From an uncultured Lachnospiraceae bacterium (lineage in GTDB: Bacteria; Bacillota; Clostridia; Lachnospirales; Lachnospiraceae): DNA of 64,000 bases. This document shows, piece by piece, positions 18,117 to 28,100 of this stretch. The stretch spans positions 34,207 to 98,206 of the forward strand of contig CAKRJY010000009.1 in assembly GCA_934352055.1 (NCBI GenBank). Direction: 5' to 3'. Numbering within the stretch: the stretch's first letter is position 1; every line of letters starts with the position of its first letter. The notes beneath the pieces are model-generated. The model did not search any database, was not told where the DNA came from, and worked only from the letters and a program-made list of their open reading frames with translations. Position numbers and translations under genes: made by a program.

Positions 18117-19361
18117 TCAATATCCTTTCACCCCATCTGCCGTATCAATAACAATCAAACATCCCGGCTGTATTGTCTGCATGATCTGCACCATCGCACT
18201 CTGTGGAACTGACACACAACCTGCCGTCGGTCTTCCATTAAAAAATGCTGATCCGTTTCCCGGCACACATGCCGCGTTATAATCCAATGCCAGAACATAA
18301 TTATAAACACTTCCGCAAGCACTGATATGTTCTGCCGAATTCCAATCCGGCACCACCTCATTGGTACTTACAAATTGATTATAATAAACCGAATTCACAT
18401 CATCAACCCAATAATAAGAATCGTCGACCTGTGTATAGACTAGGGCAGTTCCCGGATTTGGCATATTGCCAAAAGCACGGCTAAAACCCCAAACACCTCT
18501 TGGCGAGCAGGATGCGTATTCTGATGCCTGCCCCACACCGCCACTTCCCACCAAACCGGATGTTTCCAAATTCTGCTGCCAAATACCATTTACATCCTTT
18601 GTATGCATAGAGATGGTTGCTGAGGTTCCACGAGCTGCAACTACGATCAATTGGTTTGTCTGTTGTGCCACGGATAACTCTGCAACCCAATCTCCGGCAT
18701 TTGTCTTCTGACTAATGCTACTATTATTCTCTGCTTGCCTTTTTTGTTGTTCTTCTGACAATCTTTGCGCCTCCTCTGCCGCCTTTTGTGCCTGACTTTT
18801 CTCCACGTTCACCGTAAAACTATATTCCTTTTTATTCCCCTGGGCATCGTTTACTGTCAGACTTTCCTCATATGTCCCCTCGGTATCAAATTGCAACACT
18901 TCTGCCTGCACAAATACACCGGATATTTTCTTCTTTTCATTTTTTATCACATGCTCTTGGTCTGAATATTTTACATTTACCTCTTTGCTTTTTTCTGTTA
19001 CCTTGGCGATAACATCTGTGATTTCCAGTGCCTCTCCCGCCTGTATCTGAATATCCTTTTTCAATGTTATCTTTGGTGCTGTCGTATCTTTTACCTCTAG
19101 CATAAATTCCTTTGACTTTTTCTTTAACTTAGCAGTTGCCTGATACTCTCCAACCTTATCTGTATTTACTTTTGAAAAATCAAAGTTTACATCCTCTAAA
19201 TCCGCACCTTTGACTGATACATATTGGCTTTCATAGTCTGCCGGATCTTCTCCTAACTCTAAGGTAAAACGGTCTGCCTTTAAGTCCATCTTTGCACAGC
19301 CGGTAAAAATACTGGCACAAGCAAGTAATAGACTTAACATTGTCTTTCTCTGTAATTTCAT
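18117..19361 (-). CDS. lipoprotein L,D-transpeptidase (YkuD-like)
   Basis: Start at MKLQRKTMLSLLLACASIFTGC (lipobox). C-terminus GSAFFNGRPTAGCVSVPQSAMVQIM resembles the LDT catalytic-Cys loop. Its stop lies 2 nt before the M15 gene ATG. Confidence 0.65.
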   Translation of the reverse strand: MKLQRKTMLSLLLACASIFTGCAKMDLKADRFTLELGEDPADYESQYVSVKGADLEDVNFDFSKVNTDKVGEYQATAKLKKKSKEFMLEVKDTTAPKITLKKDIQIQAGEALEITDVIAKVTEKSKEVNVKYSDQEHVIKNEKKKISGVFVQAEVLQFDTEGTYEESLTVNDAQGNKKEYSFTVNVEKSQAQKAAEEAQRLSEEQQKRQAENNSSISQKTNAGDWVAELSVAQQTNQLIVVAARGTSATISMHTKDVNGIWQQNLETSGLVGSGGVGQASEYASCSPRGVWGFSRAFGNMPNPGTALVYTQVDDSYYWVDDVNSVYYNQFVSTNEVVPDWNSAEHISACGSVYNYVLALDYNAACVPGNGSAFFNGRPTAGCVSVPQSAMVQIMQTIQPGCLIVIDTADGVKGY

Positions 19362-19447
19362 GCTATTTATCCTTTTCTTCTTTTGTTTTTGCCAAAATAA
19401 AAGGGCATGTACTACTGCACACACCCTTTCTCTTGATTTATTCGTTT

Positions 19448-21019
19448 CTAATTTTTCTTTTCTCTTACTACCCCATAGGTAACTATGCCAAATGCTACTG
19501 CACCCACCATAAACATCATCAATAAGAAATAATTCATTCCGAATTCCCCTGTCTTTGGAGAAGAAAGACTTTGTGCATCTTCTTCTACAATAACATAGGT
19601 TGAGAAATGATTTGTAATAAAGGAAATGTTTCCCTCATTTACAGTTGTTTGACACTTCACTAATTGATCGCCATCTACACGATAAACCTGCAATGTCTTA
19701 CCGGATGTTTTCAAATTCTCTGGGATGGGCATCGTAATCTGAACATTTCCATTCAATTCATGAATACTGGTTCCTGCTGCATCCAACAGATCAAACTCAT
19801 ATACCGCATAATTTCCGGTAAAAGCAGATACTGTCTTGCTAATCAAGGATTTTACGCTGTTCAGTGTCGTCTTATTATCAATCTTTGCTACTTTCAGCGT
19901 ATTGTCCTTTGCTAAAACAGCATCCGTTCCGCTCAAGGAAACATTTGCCTCACCCGTGGCAGAAATAATGATCTGCTTTGTAGTTTCTGTAGCAGGCGTA
20001 GTATTCTTATCACTTGCTCCTGTGTTGGTGCCTGTAGATACATTGTCCTCTGTCTTCTTTGGATATACATCCGACGGCTTGATATTACCATTTGCACTTA
20101 CATAATAATCTGCCGCACTCAAATCTGCTTTTTCACATTTTTCATAAGTGTTGTCTTCAACGAGTTCATAATAACTACTTACCTTAATATCACTGACAGA
20201 TGCATTGGCATTGTAGACAATGGTTCTGTTCAACTGATTATCATATGCTTCTACCCAGAGTAATTGATAGAGTCCCTTTTCTGTTTCTGATGTAATCTGA
20301 CCGCTTGTCTGTGACCATTCCCGCATAAGTTCTGTATATACACCATCACCATCATAGTCAGACATTTCGATATATTCATCACCATCTGGTGTCTTATATA
20401 CCATGACCATGTGACTAATTCTACTTTCCCTGTCTGTTGCAGATGCTTGAACCAATCTCTCATCCCCTGGTTTCAGATTCTGTTTCTTTACTTTTACAGA
20501 AGAAACCGTAATTATTGGCGCATTGTACTCGCGCTCCACTCCGCCTTGCGTTGTGATCGTATATTTATCCTTATGTTGCTCCAAATACCCTGCATCATCG
20601 TCTGTTGAATTTCCTGCTTTGTCACTTGCATATACATATAACAAATAATGCTGTGTGTTGTATGTTTCCTTGCTAACAGAACTTGACGTTCCCTCCCAAT
20701 ATCCAGTCTGTTCATTATAGGCTAATTCCGTCATAAAAGTTTCCTGCCCAATGATCCACTCAAAATCTTTTGGCCAGTATCGTATATAAACACGTTCCAC
20801 TCCGCTTTGATCATCCGTAACCTTTACCTTGATATGAACACGATCTCCAACATTGATCGTCGTTCCACCCTCTGCAACTTCCAGCGAGTCATAGTCTATG
20901 ACCGGACCTGTTGTGTCCGCGCTTTCTTCCGCATGAACCAAATTCACCGATCCAAGTGATACAAATGCCATCACAGCACATGTCATTCCACAAAGAATTT
21001 TCTTACCAATACCTCTCAT
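19448..21019 (-). CDS. SPKTG-anchored cell-wall surface protein with Ig-like repeats
   Basis: Start at the second ATG, 7 nt after AAGGAGG. Signal peptide ...LVHAEE. C-terminal SPKTG (19547-19561) plus hydrophobic helix plus REKKN. Confidence 0.8.
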   Translation of the reverse strand: MRGIGKKILCGMTCAVMAFVSLGSVNLVHAEESADTTGPVIDYDSLEVAEGGTTINVGDRVHIKVKVTDDQSGVERVYIRYWPKDFEWIIGQETFMTELAYNEQTGYWEGTSSSVSKETYNTQHYLLYVYASDKAGNSTDDDAGYLEQHKDKYTITTQGGVEREYNAPIITVSSVKVKKQNLKPGDERLVQASATDRESRISHMVMVYKTPDGDEYIEMSDYDGDGVYTELMREWSQTSGQITSETEKGLYQLLWVEAYDNQLNRTIVYNANASVSDIKVSSYYELVEDNTYEKCEKADLSAADYYVSANGNIKPSDVYPKKTEDNVSTGTNTGASDKNTTPATETTKQIIISATGEANVSLSGTDAVLAKDNTLKVAKIDNKTTLNSVKSLISKTVSAFTGNYAVYEFDLLDAAGTSIHELNGNVQITMPIPENLKTSGKTLQVYRVDGDQLVKCQTTVNEGNISFITNHFSTYVIVEEDAQSLSSPKTGEFGMNYFLLMMFMVGAVAFGIVTYGVVREKKN

Positions 21020-21039
21020 GTTTTTCCTCCTTATCATAT

Positions 21040-23682
21040 TTACTTAGCACTTGTTCTATCCTTCATAAGACCATATACAAGCATCGCAAACATTGCAGTT
21101 CCTGCTAACATCATCATAATATACAGGTAGTTTACAGAAGTATCTCCCGTCTTCGGTGATGAAAGATTCTGTCCTGTTTGGGCGTGTCCATCACTCTGAT
21201 TTTGTGATGCCGGAACATCTGTAATGACAATGGCATACTCAGATGCATGGCTAAATCCTAAGGTCACATTTCCATCCTTATCAATAGTTCCCGCATTCAT
21301 CAGTACCATCTTGCCATCACTGTCATAGTAATAAAGATTGCCATATTTTCCGTAATACTGTTTTCCAACATTGATTGTAAGCTCTGCCTTGAAGCCAAAG
21401 TTTCCATTGTAAGTCAGCGAAATCTGCTCTACAGGATTATTGCCTGCAATAGCTGATACGATGCCGCTTGGAATATAATTTGTATTACGTGTCACCTCAA
21501 GGTTGATGTCCTGTAAATCAGATGCTGCAATATTTTTGCCGTTAATCGTCCATGTATAACCGTTCATTTCCAGCACAACATTAACATCTTTGCCCTGTGC
21601 CTGTTTTAAAATTTCTTTTGGAACCACAGTCGCATCATCCATATCAACTTTAATGGTCACACCTGTTTTTGCTGATTTAATCTCAGTAACAGTTTCTGCG
21701 ATCTTTGTTTCCGGTAACGTTACGGCTGGTTTTGCCGGTGTTATCGCACTATCACTACCATTACCATTTGAGCCGCTGTTGTTTGTATTATTGTTGTTTC
21801 CACTGTTATTTGTGTTGCCAGAATTGCTACCATTGGTATTTCCATTATTACCAGTGTTATTGTTGTCTCCGGTATTATCCTTGTTATCCGTGGAAATGTT
21901 AGCATCTGTTACCTTCGCGTAATACTCATTCCACGTATTCGGTCCATAATTCTCTGGTGTTTTCTTAATGATAATGGAGTCTGTTCCTGCAAACTCTTCT
22001 GCTGCAATATCTCCTTTCGGATCCATCTCTCCCCAATACCATTGTAAATTTTTATATCCATCAAAAATTGGTGTTTTCAGTGTTTCTCCTGCTGTTCCCC
22101 ACATACCTTTTGTTGCAATAATATTAGTACCACTCTCATCTTCACTATATATAGTAAATAAGACTCTTTCTTTATCATATTGCGCTTCGCAATTTCCCTC
22201 ACCTAATACTAATTTTCCAGATGATGAACCGTAACCCCAAAATGTCCATCCGTCCAAATTGACACCATGTATTTCCGGCAATGAGAAGTTATTCTTGACA
22301 TAATCTGCGAGTTCACTTACCTTCGTTCTTCGAGGAATCTGGATTGTTTCTACCTGCATAGTTGCATCTGGCTGACAATAAAAAAGCCTGACACTATAAG
22401 ACGGCAACACAAAGTTTCCGTTTTGATTAACATTAACGTAATATTTTTCCTCCAGCGAAAATCCACTGTCTAATACACTGTTCAAAGAATTCGTATAGGC
22501 TTTTCCATCAAAACCACGGGCTGAAAGGAAATTGTTTGATGTATCAGATACTTCGACACTATCCATATACCATTCTGTAGCATACCATGATGAATCCACT
22601 TTTATCGTCGTTGTATACACATCAGAATTTCCATTCTTACTCAAATAAAGAGTCTTCCTATCGAAATAATTTGCACTTTTTGCCGGACAAAGTGCTACTG
22701 TAACAGAAGACACACCGACATTATCTGTTGCTTCTACAGAAAATGTAATCTCATCACCTACACCAACCGTTTCTCCTACATGTGTCATACTGATATTCTT
22801 TATTACCGGCGCTTTTATATCAGCATTTGGATTATCTACTGTAAACCATGCATTTGGGAAATCAGTAACAGTACTAGAATTCACATTGCCTGACGTATCA
22901 TATATATCATCGACCCATCCACAATGATAAGTCCCTTGGGCTGTTTTATTTGTAATAGTTATTTCACCATAGAAACCTTGTCTGCTGTCATCCCAATGCA
23001 AGTATGTATTAATTTGTTTATATGCAGATGTATCATTACAGAATTGAATACTAGGATTTCTTTTCTTATCAATTGCAACATCGTCTGATGCCTTTACTAG
23101 AATCTCCACCTTATCACCTACTGTAACAGTACCTCCTGCAGGTGTAACTTCTATAGAATCTATCGTAGGCTTTACCATGTCATCCGTCTGATAATTGAAC
23201 CAATATAAAGCATCATCCTTATCCGATGCGTATATTCCTGATCCTACCGTACCATATACACTATTTCCATTAGCATCCGTTACACATACGCTTTGAAGGT
23301 AGGTCTTCCCATTAAATGCACAAGAATTTATCTGCGCATTCAAGATAGTGTACTCATAACATTTAGTAACGTCATTATAAGATGCACTTACCTGATAAGA
23401 TGTATTAGACGCTTCAGATGCCACACCTATCTTCACATTCTTAATCCCGCTTCCCAGATCATACGCCTTCACTGAAATCTTTACCGGGGTATCTTTGCTT
23501 ATGGTCTGTCCCTGCTTATCAATCGAAATGGATTCGATTACAGGTTTATCAACATCATACCCACTCTCTTGCTCACTGGTCGCTTCTTCCGCATATACAC
23601 TATTCAATCCACCCACGCCACTCAGTAGAAGCGAACATGCCATTGCACCTACCAGCAATCTTTTACATAACTTGCTTTTCAT
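21040..23682 (-). CDS. SPKTG-anchored cell-wall surface protein with repeated Ig-like modules and an Asn-rich linker
   Basis: The track ORF starts with GTG at 23748; MKSKLCKRLLVGAMACSLLL...VYAEE is the likely signal peptide, so the start is uncertain (23682-23748). Three P(V/T)I(E/D/K)S/N-I...GD...D..G modules. C-terminal SPKTG (21145-21159) plus TM plus KDRTSAK. Confidence 0.8.
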   Translation of the reverse strand: MKSKLCKRLLVGAMACSLLLSGVGGLNSVYAEEATSEQESGYDVDKPVIESISIDKQGQTISKDTPVKISVKAYDLGSGIKNVKIGVASEASNTSYQVSASYNDVTKCYEYTILNAQINSCAFNGKTYLQSVCVTDANGNSVYGTVGSGIYASDKDDALYWFNYQTDDMVKPTIDSIEVTPAGGTVTVGDKVEILVKASDDVAIDKKRNPSIQFCNDTSAYKQINTYLHWDDSRQGFYGEITITNKTAQGTYHCGWVDDIYDTSGNVNSSTVTDFPNAWFTVDNPNADIKAPVIKNISMTHVGETVGVGDEITFSVEATDNVGVSSVTVALCPAKSANYFDRKTLYLSKNGNSDVYTTTIKVDSSWYATEWYMDSVEVSDTSNNFLSARGFDGKAYTNSLNSVLDSGFSLEEKYYVNVNQNGNFVLPSYSVRLFYCQPDATMQVETIQIPRRTKVSELADYVKNNFSLPEIHGVNLDGWTFWGYGSSSGKLVLGEGNCEAQYDKERVLFTIYSEDESGTNIIATKGMWGTAGETLKTPIFDGYKNLQWYWGEMDPKGDIAAEEFAGTDSIIIKKTPENYGPNTWNEYYAKVTDANISTDNKDNTGDNNNTGNNGNTNGSNSGNTNNSGNNNNTNNSGSNGNGSDSAITPAKPAVTLPETKIAETVTEIKSAKTGVTIKVDMDDATVVPKEILKQAQGKDVNVVLEMNGYTWTINGKNIAASDLQDINLEVTRNTNYIPSGIVSAIAGNNPVEQISLTYNGNFGFKAELTINVGKQYYGKYGNLYYYDSDGKMVLMNAGTIDKDGNVTLGFSHASEYAIVITDVPASQNQSDGHAQTGQNLSSPKTGDTSVNYLYIMMMLAGTAMFAMLVYGLMKDRTSAK
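21750..21905 (-). repeat. in-frame Asn/Gly/Thr/Ser-rich low-complexity linker
   Basis: Translates to DNKDNTGDNNNTGNNGNTNGSNSGNTNNSGNNNNTNNSGSNGNGS. It produces spurious antisense ORFs in the track. Confidence 0.7.
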
Positions 23683-23996
23683 GCCTCTCATCCTCTGTTT
23701 CTCGAAAACTACATATCTTCCTACTTGGTATCGTTTCCGTTTTTTCACACATCATCCTATTTGTGTAATTGCGTTATATACAGTTTAGTACATATATTTA
23801 CTAAAGTCAACGAAAACTACACATATGCCTGATAAAAGATAACCGTACAGATAATCATGCCGCAACACATCAAGCCTTGCTTTCCGTCAACAATTATTAT
23901 AAGAATACCACCTGATCTGATTACCGACATATACATCAGTTTCATACCACATAAGAATGATGTGCAACATCCACCCCCTTCTATCATTACAAATTT

Positions 23997-25130
23997 CTAT
24001 ATTTCTAAATATCCTATCTTGCGAAAATAATCTATATATCCACTAATATACTTTATATCTGTTTCATTCCATTCAAAACCAACTTTTCTTAGGAACCACA
24101 GTGTAAATTTATTTTCTATACGGATATTACTGTCATATACCAACCTGCCTTGTTCATCCATATCATTCTGAAATGCTTCAAAGATATACTCTGTATTACT
24201 TTGTTTCATCGTCTCCTGAAGTGCGCAATTGAACTCTGCTCCACTTACCACTTTCATAGGTATTCCAAGTTCGTGCACCACCTCTAGGAATCGGTTAAAA
24301 TGTATGACTTTATCACTATTCAGATGAAATACACATTGCTTATCTGCATACTGCGCAATCTTAACGATACCCTCTGCTGTCTTATCAATCGGTGAAAATT
24401 CTGCATACAATGGTATCAGATAATTAGGGAATAAAGAAAATTCCAAGATTGCTTTTACTCTGGTAAGAAAGGCATTCGATGTATAGTTTGGTTGGAACTT
24501 ATAATCACTTGCACGATTCGTCAAATTTCCTACACGAATGACCTTTGCATTTAAACCATCTAACATGGCATCATATACTTTTCGTTCCGCTTCAAATTTG
24601 CTACGAATATATACATTATCCAAAGGCTGCCCAATATAAAATGATGTCTCACAAAAGAATTTTTCCTCATCAGAACGATAGACGGTAAAATCATCTGCCA
24701 TACTATTTCCACTCACACTAAGTGTTGAAATATGTATCAGTTTTGCTCTCATCTTTTTGGCATACTCTATGACATGTGATGTTCCCTCTGTATTTACTCT
24801 GTGAAAATAACTATATGATCCATAATGCTTTACACTGGCTGCTGTATGTATTACAGTCTGCACATCTGAAGGCATTTCATCAGATAATCCTTCTTTTTCA
24901 ATATCACCAATGATAGGAATAATCCTCTTATTTATCTCAGATACATACCTATCTCCAAAATAATATTGAAGAATTTCTTTTAAACGCCCGCGTCTGTCAT
25001 CCGCCTGATCACCTCTGATAAGACAATATATCTTTCCGTTTTCCTTCTGCATCAACTCATTAAGCACATGTGCCCCAAGAAATCCTGTTGCCCCTGTAAG
25101 AAGTACATTTCCCAAACTTTGCTTCTCAAA
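23997..25130 (-). other. NRPS domain R (NAD(P)H-dependent thioester reductase), approximate bounds
   Basis: Rossmann motif TGATGFLG and YxxxK (YIRSK). It is the last domain of the protein. Confidence 0.7.
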
Positions 25131-28100
25131 GATAGCATCTTCTTCCACAACATTCTTATGAAAGAAATCTTTGTATTTATCAAAATCTGATTCTTTATAT
25201 CGTACTTTTTCTTTCTTTTCTCCTTTCAAGAAATTGCATAAAGTTCTGACTGTCGGATAATCAAAAACGTTCTGCAATGACATTTCGATGCCTTTTCCAT
25301 GTGCCTTAGCAACATACTCGATCGCAGCTAGGCTATCTCCGCCATATGCAAAGAAATCATCCTCCACACCGACTTTTTCTATATGCAGGATTTCACCTAG
25401 TAATTGACATAAATCACGCTCCATTTCTGTCTCGGGTGCCACATATTCATTTGCTAAAAATGTAAAATCAGGAACTGGCAGATTCTTCCTATCTGTTTTT
25501 CCACTGGCTGTCATAGGCATGGCATCCAAATGCATAAAATAATTTGGCACCATATACTTTGGCAGTTTAGATGACAGATGACTTCTCAATTCCTTTTCAT
25601 CAATCTCGTTTTGCGCTGTATAATATCCAACCAGATACTGTCGGTTATTCTCATCACGCTTATCTGCGACTGCTGTAAGTTGGATTCCCGAAAAAGCACT
25701 CATCACATTTTCGATCTCTCCCAGTTCAATGCGCAGTCCTCTTATCTTTACCTGCGTATCTATTCTTCCCAGATAGGCAATCTCTCCATCCGCTCTCCAG
25801 CAAGCCAGATCCCCCGTGTGATACATGATTTTTCCATGATGATTTTCCGGTGTCGCAAATGAATTTGGCACAAACTTTTCCGCTGTGAGTTCCGGTCGGT
25901 TTAGATACCCCTTACCAACTCCTGCTCCTGCAATGCAAAGTTCTCCCGCAACACCTATTGGCAGTGGTTTGTTGTCCCTATCGAGAATGTAGATTTGTGT
26001 GTTGGCTATTGGGGAACCGATGGTGATGTCAGACTTGAAATCACCTCCTACATTCCAGACACTACATTCACTTGGTCCTAGTGGATTAAAGACTTTCGCG
26101 CTACTAATGCCCCTTATCTTCTGGAAAAGTACGTCTGTAAGTGCTTCTCCAGAAGATACGACTAGTTGTATCTGTTGAAAATAACTATCCGTTCCTGCTT
26201 CATCTTTTATGTATAGTTCTAACCTGGTCGGCGTTGTCTCGATAATATTTACCTTATTATCCACGACCAATTTTCGAAACAACTCCTTATTATTACTTGC
26301 CTCCTCACTTGCAAGAACTACAGTCCATCCATGTACCAATGGCAGAAGGGTTTCTGCAATAAAAAAATCAAACGATATTGTGTTTACACTAACAACTATC
26401 TGATTTTCTAAAGATTGTGCATCTGAAACAATATTGTTATTTAAACAGAAATTCGCTATACCTTTATGCTTCAACACACATCCTTTGGGTCTTCCCGTAC
26501 TACCGGACGTATAGATAATGTAGCAAGAATCCTCTGATAAATATCTTACATTTGTATGTAGTGTATCCCTAAAATCATATTCTCTCAAATTAAGATACTT
26601 AACGTGCCACCCATCTGTTAATTCTCTATCTGTAAGAATCAATGAGACATTGCAATCATTTAGCATATAATCTATTCGGTCTTTAGGATATCTGTGATCG
26701 ATTGGTAAAAATATGCCGCCTACTTTCAATACTGCCAACTGACTGATAACTGTTAATTCTGTTCTATCCAGATATGCACCTACAATATTACCTATCTTAA
26801 TTCCAACATCAATCATCTTTTGCGCCAATGCATCTGACATTTCATCTAATTGTTTATATGTAAACTTCTTATCCTCAAATACCAATGCCACCTTTTCCGG
26901 TGTCTTTTTTGACTGCTCCGTAAAGAGTTCGTGAACGCACTTTTCCCTTGGATATTCCACATAGGTATCATTAAATCCTTCTATAACCTGATGATACTCC
27001 TCAGGCGACATTACCTCTATTTCTGATACATCCTCTTTATCCAACTGTTCTAAAATTCTTGTATATGCAATTATCAGCCTATCTATTAAGTTTTCATCAT
27101 ACTTTGCACCATTAAATTCCATTCTGGCTTTCAATCCATCTTTGACAGGAGTCAACTCCATCATGAGGTCGAACTTTGATGTATTCGTAGGTATCGGCTC
27201 CGGCACAACTATTTCTTCTCCAAGAGCAAACCTCTTATCACCCTCTGCCTGATATACAAAGGATGTATTGATCACCCTCTTATCCTCCATGCCTACAGCA
27301 TCTGCCATCCATGCAAATGGTAATTCCTGATGTTCAAATAACCCCAAGACCTGTTGCTTTACCCTCTGCATATATTCCTTTACAGCACCAGAAACATCCA
27401 TATGTGCAGGGAGTGTATTTACAAACATTCCTGCCATATCCTTTGTATCTGCATAGATACGGTTTTTAAGAACAATACTACTCAATACACTGCTGTTTCC
27501 GCTATATTTCGATAAAAGGATTCCATATGCTCCCCAGCATACCATGGTATCTGTCATATTATACTTTCTTGCATAATTTCTAACTGCAAGACTCGCACCT
27601 TCCGGTATCTGATATACTTTTGAGTAGCCTCCTTCTACCGGTTTCTTTGTCGCAGGAAGTATCACCGGTTCAAAATCACACTTTAATTGTTCAACAAAAT
27701 AATCTTGATGCCTTGTCATATCCTGCTTGTAGAAAAAGTCCGCATAATCTCCATATGTTATCGGCTCATCACACATCATTTTTCCCTCATATTCTCCGAG
27801 TATATCTCTTAAAAGAATATGCAGTGTCTCTCCATCTGAAACAATATGGTGCATATCAAAAAGTATGTCATGTTCCGTCATTCCCACCCTGACTAAAGGA
27901 GTTTTTGCCAGATCAAAAGGTCTTACAAATTGGCTAGCGTCCTTTTCCTCATATTGTTCAAATACCAGTTCCACGTTATTATCATATACGCCGACTAATT
28001 CCTGCCCGTCTGATTCTATGTGGCTCAATAAAATTTTATGATGTCGGATTGCCCGAATCATACTTTCTTTCAACCTATTTCTATCAATTCCACTTGGTAT

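Noticed and set aside
21750-21905. The Asn-rich coding tract as a phase-variable simple-sequence repeat.
   Set aside because: It is not a homopolymer or a perfect short tandem repeat. It is an imperfect AAT/AAC/GGN/ACN mixture that stays in frame, which is consistent with a flexible linker.
23748-23964. An 11-bp inverted repeat (cacatcatcct / agaatgatgtg, 10 of 11 matching) flanking 195 bp upstream of the 902-aa surface-protein gene. The enclosed DNA has a TTGACT-17-TAAACT promoter, so this could be an inverton.
   Set aside because: A 10/11 match in about 250 bp of AT-rich DNA is expected by chance at roughly the 0.2-0.3 level by my rough estimate. There is no adjacent recombinase. It is worth a PhaseFinder check but is not supportable from sequence alone.
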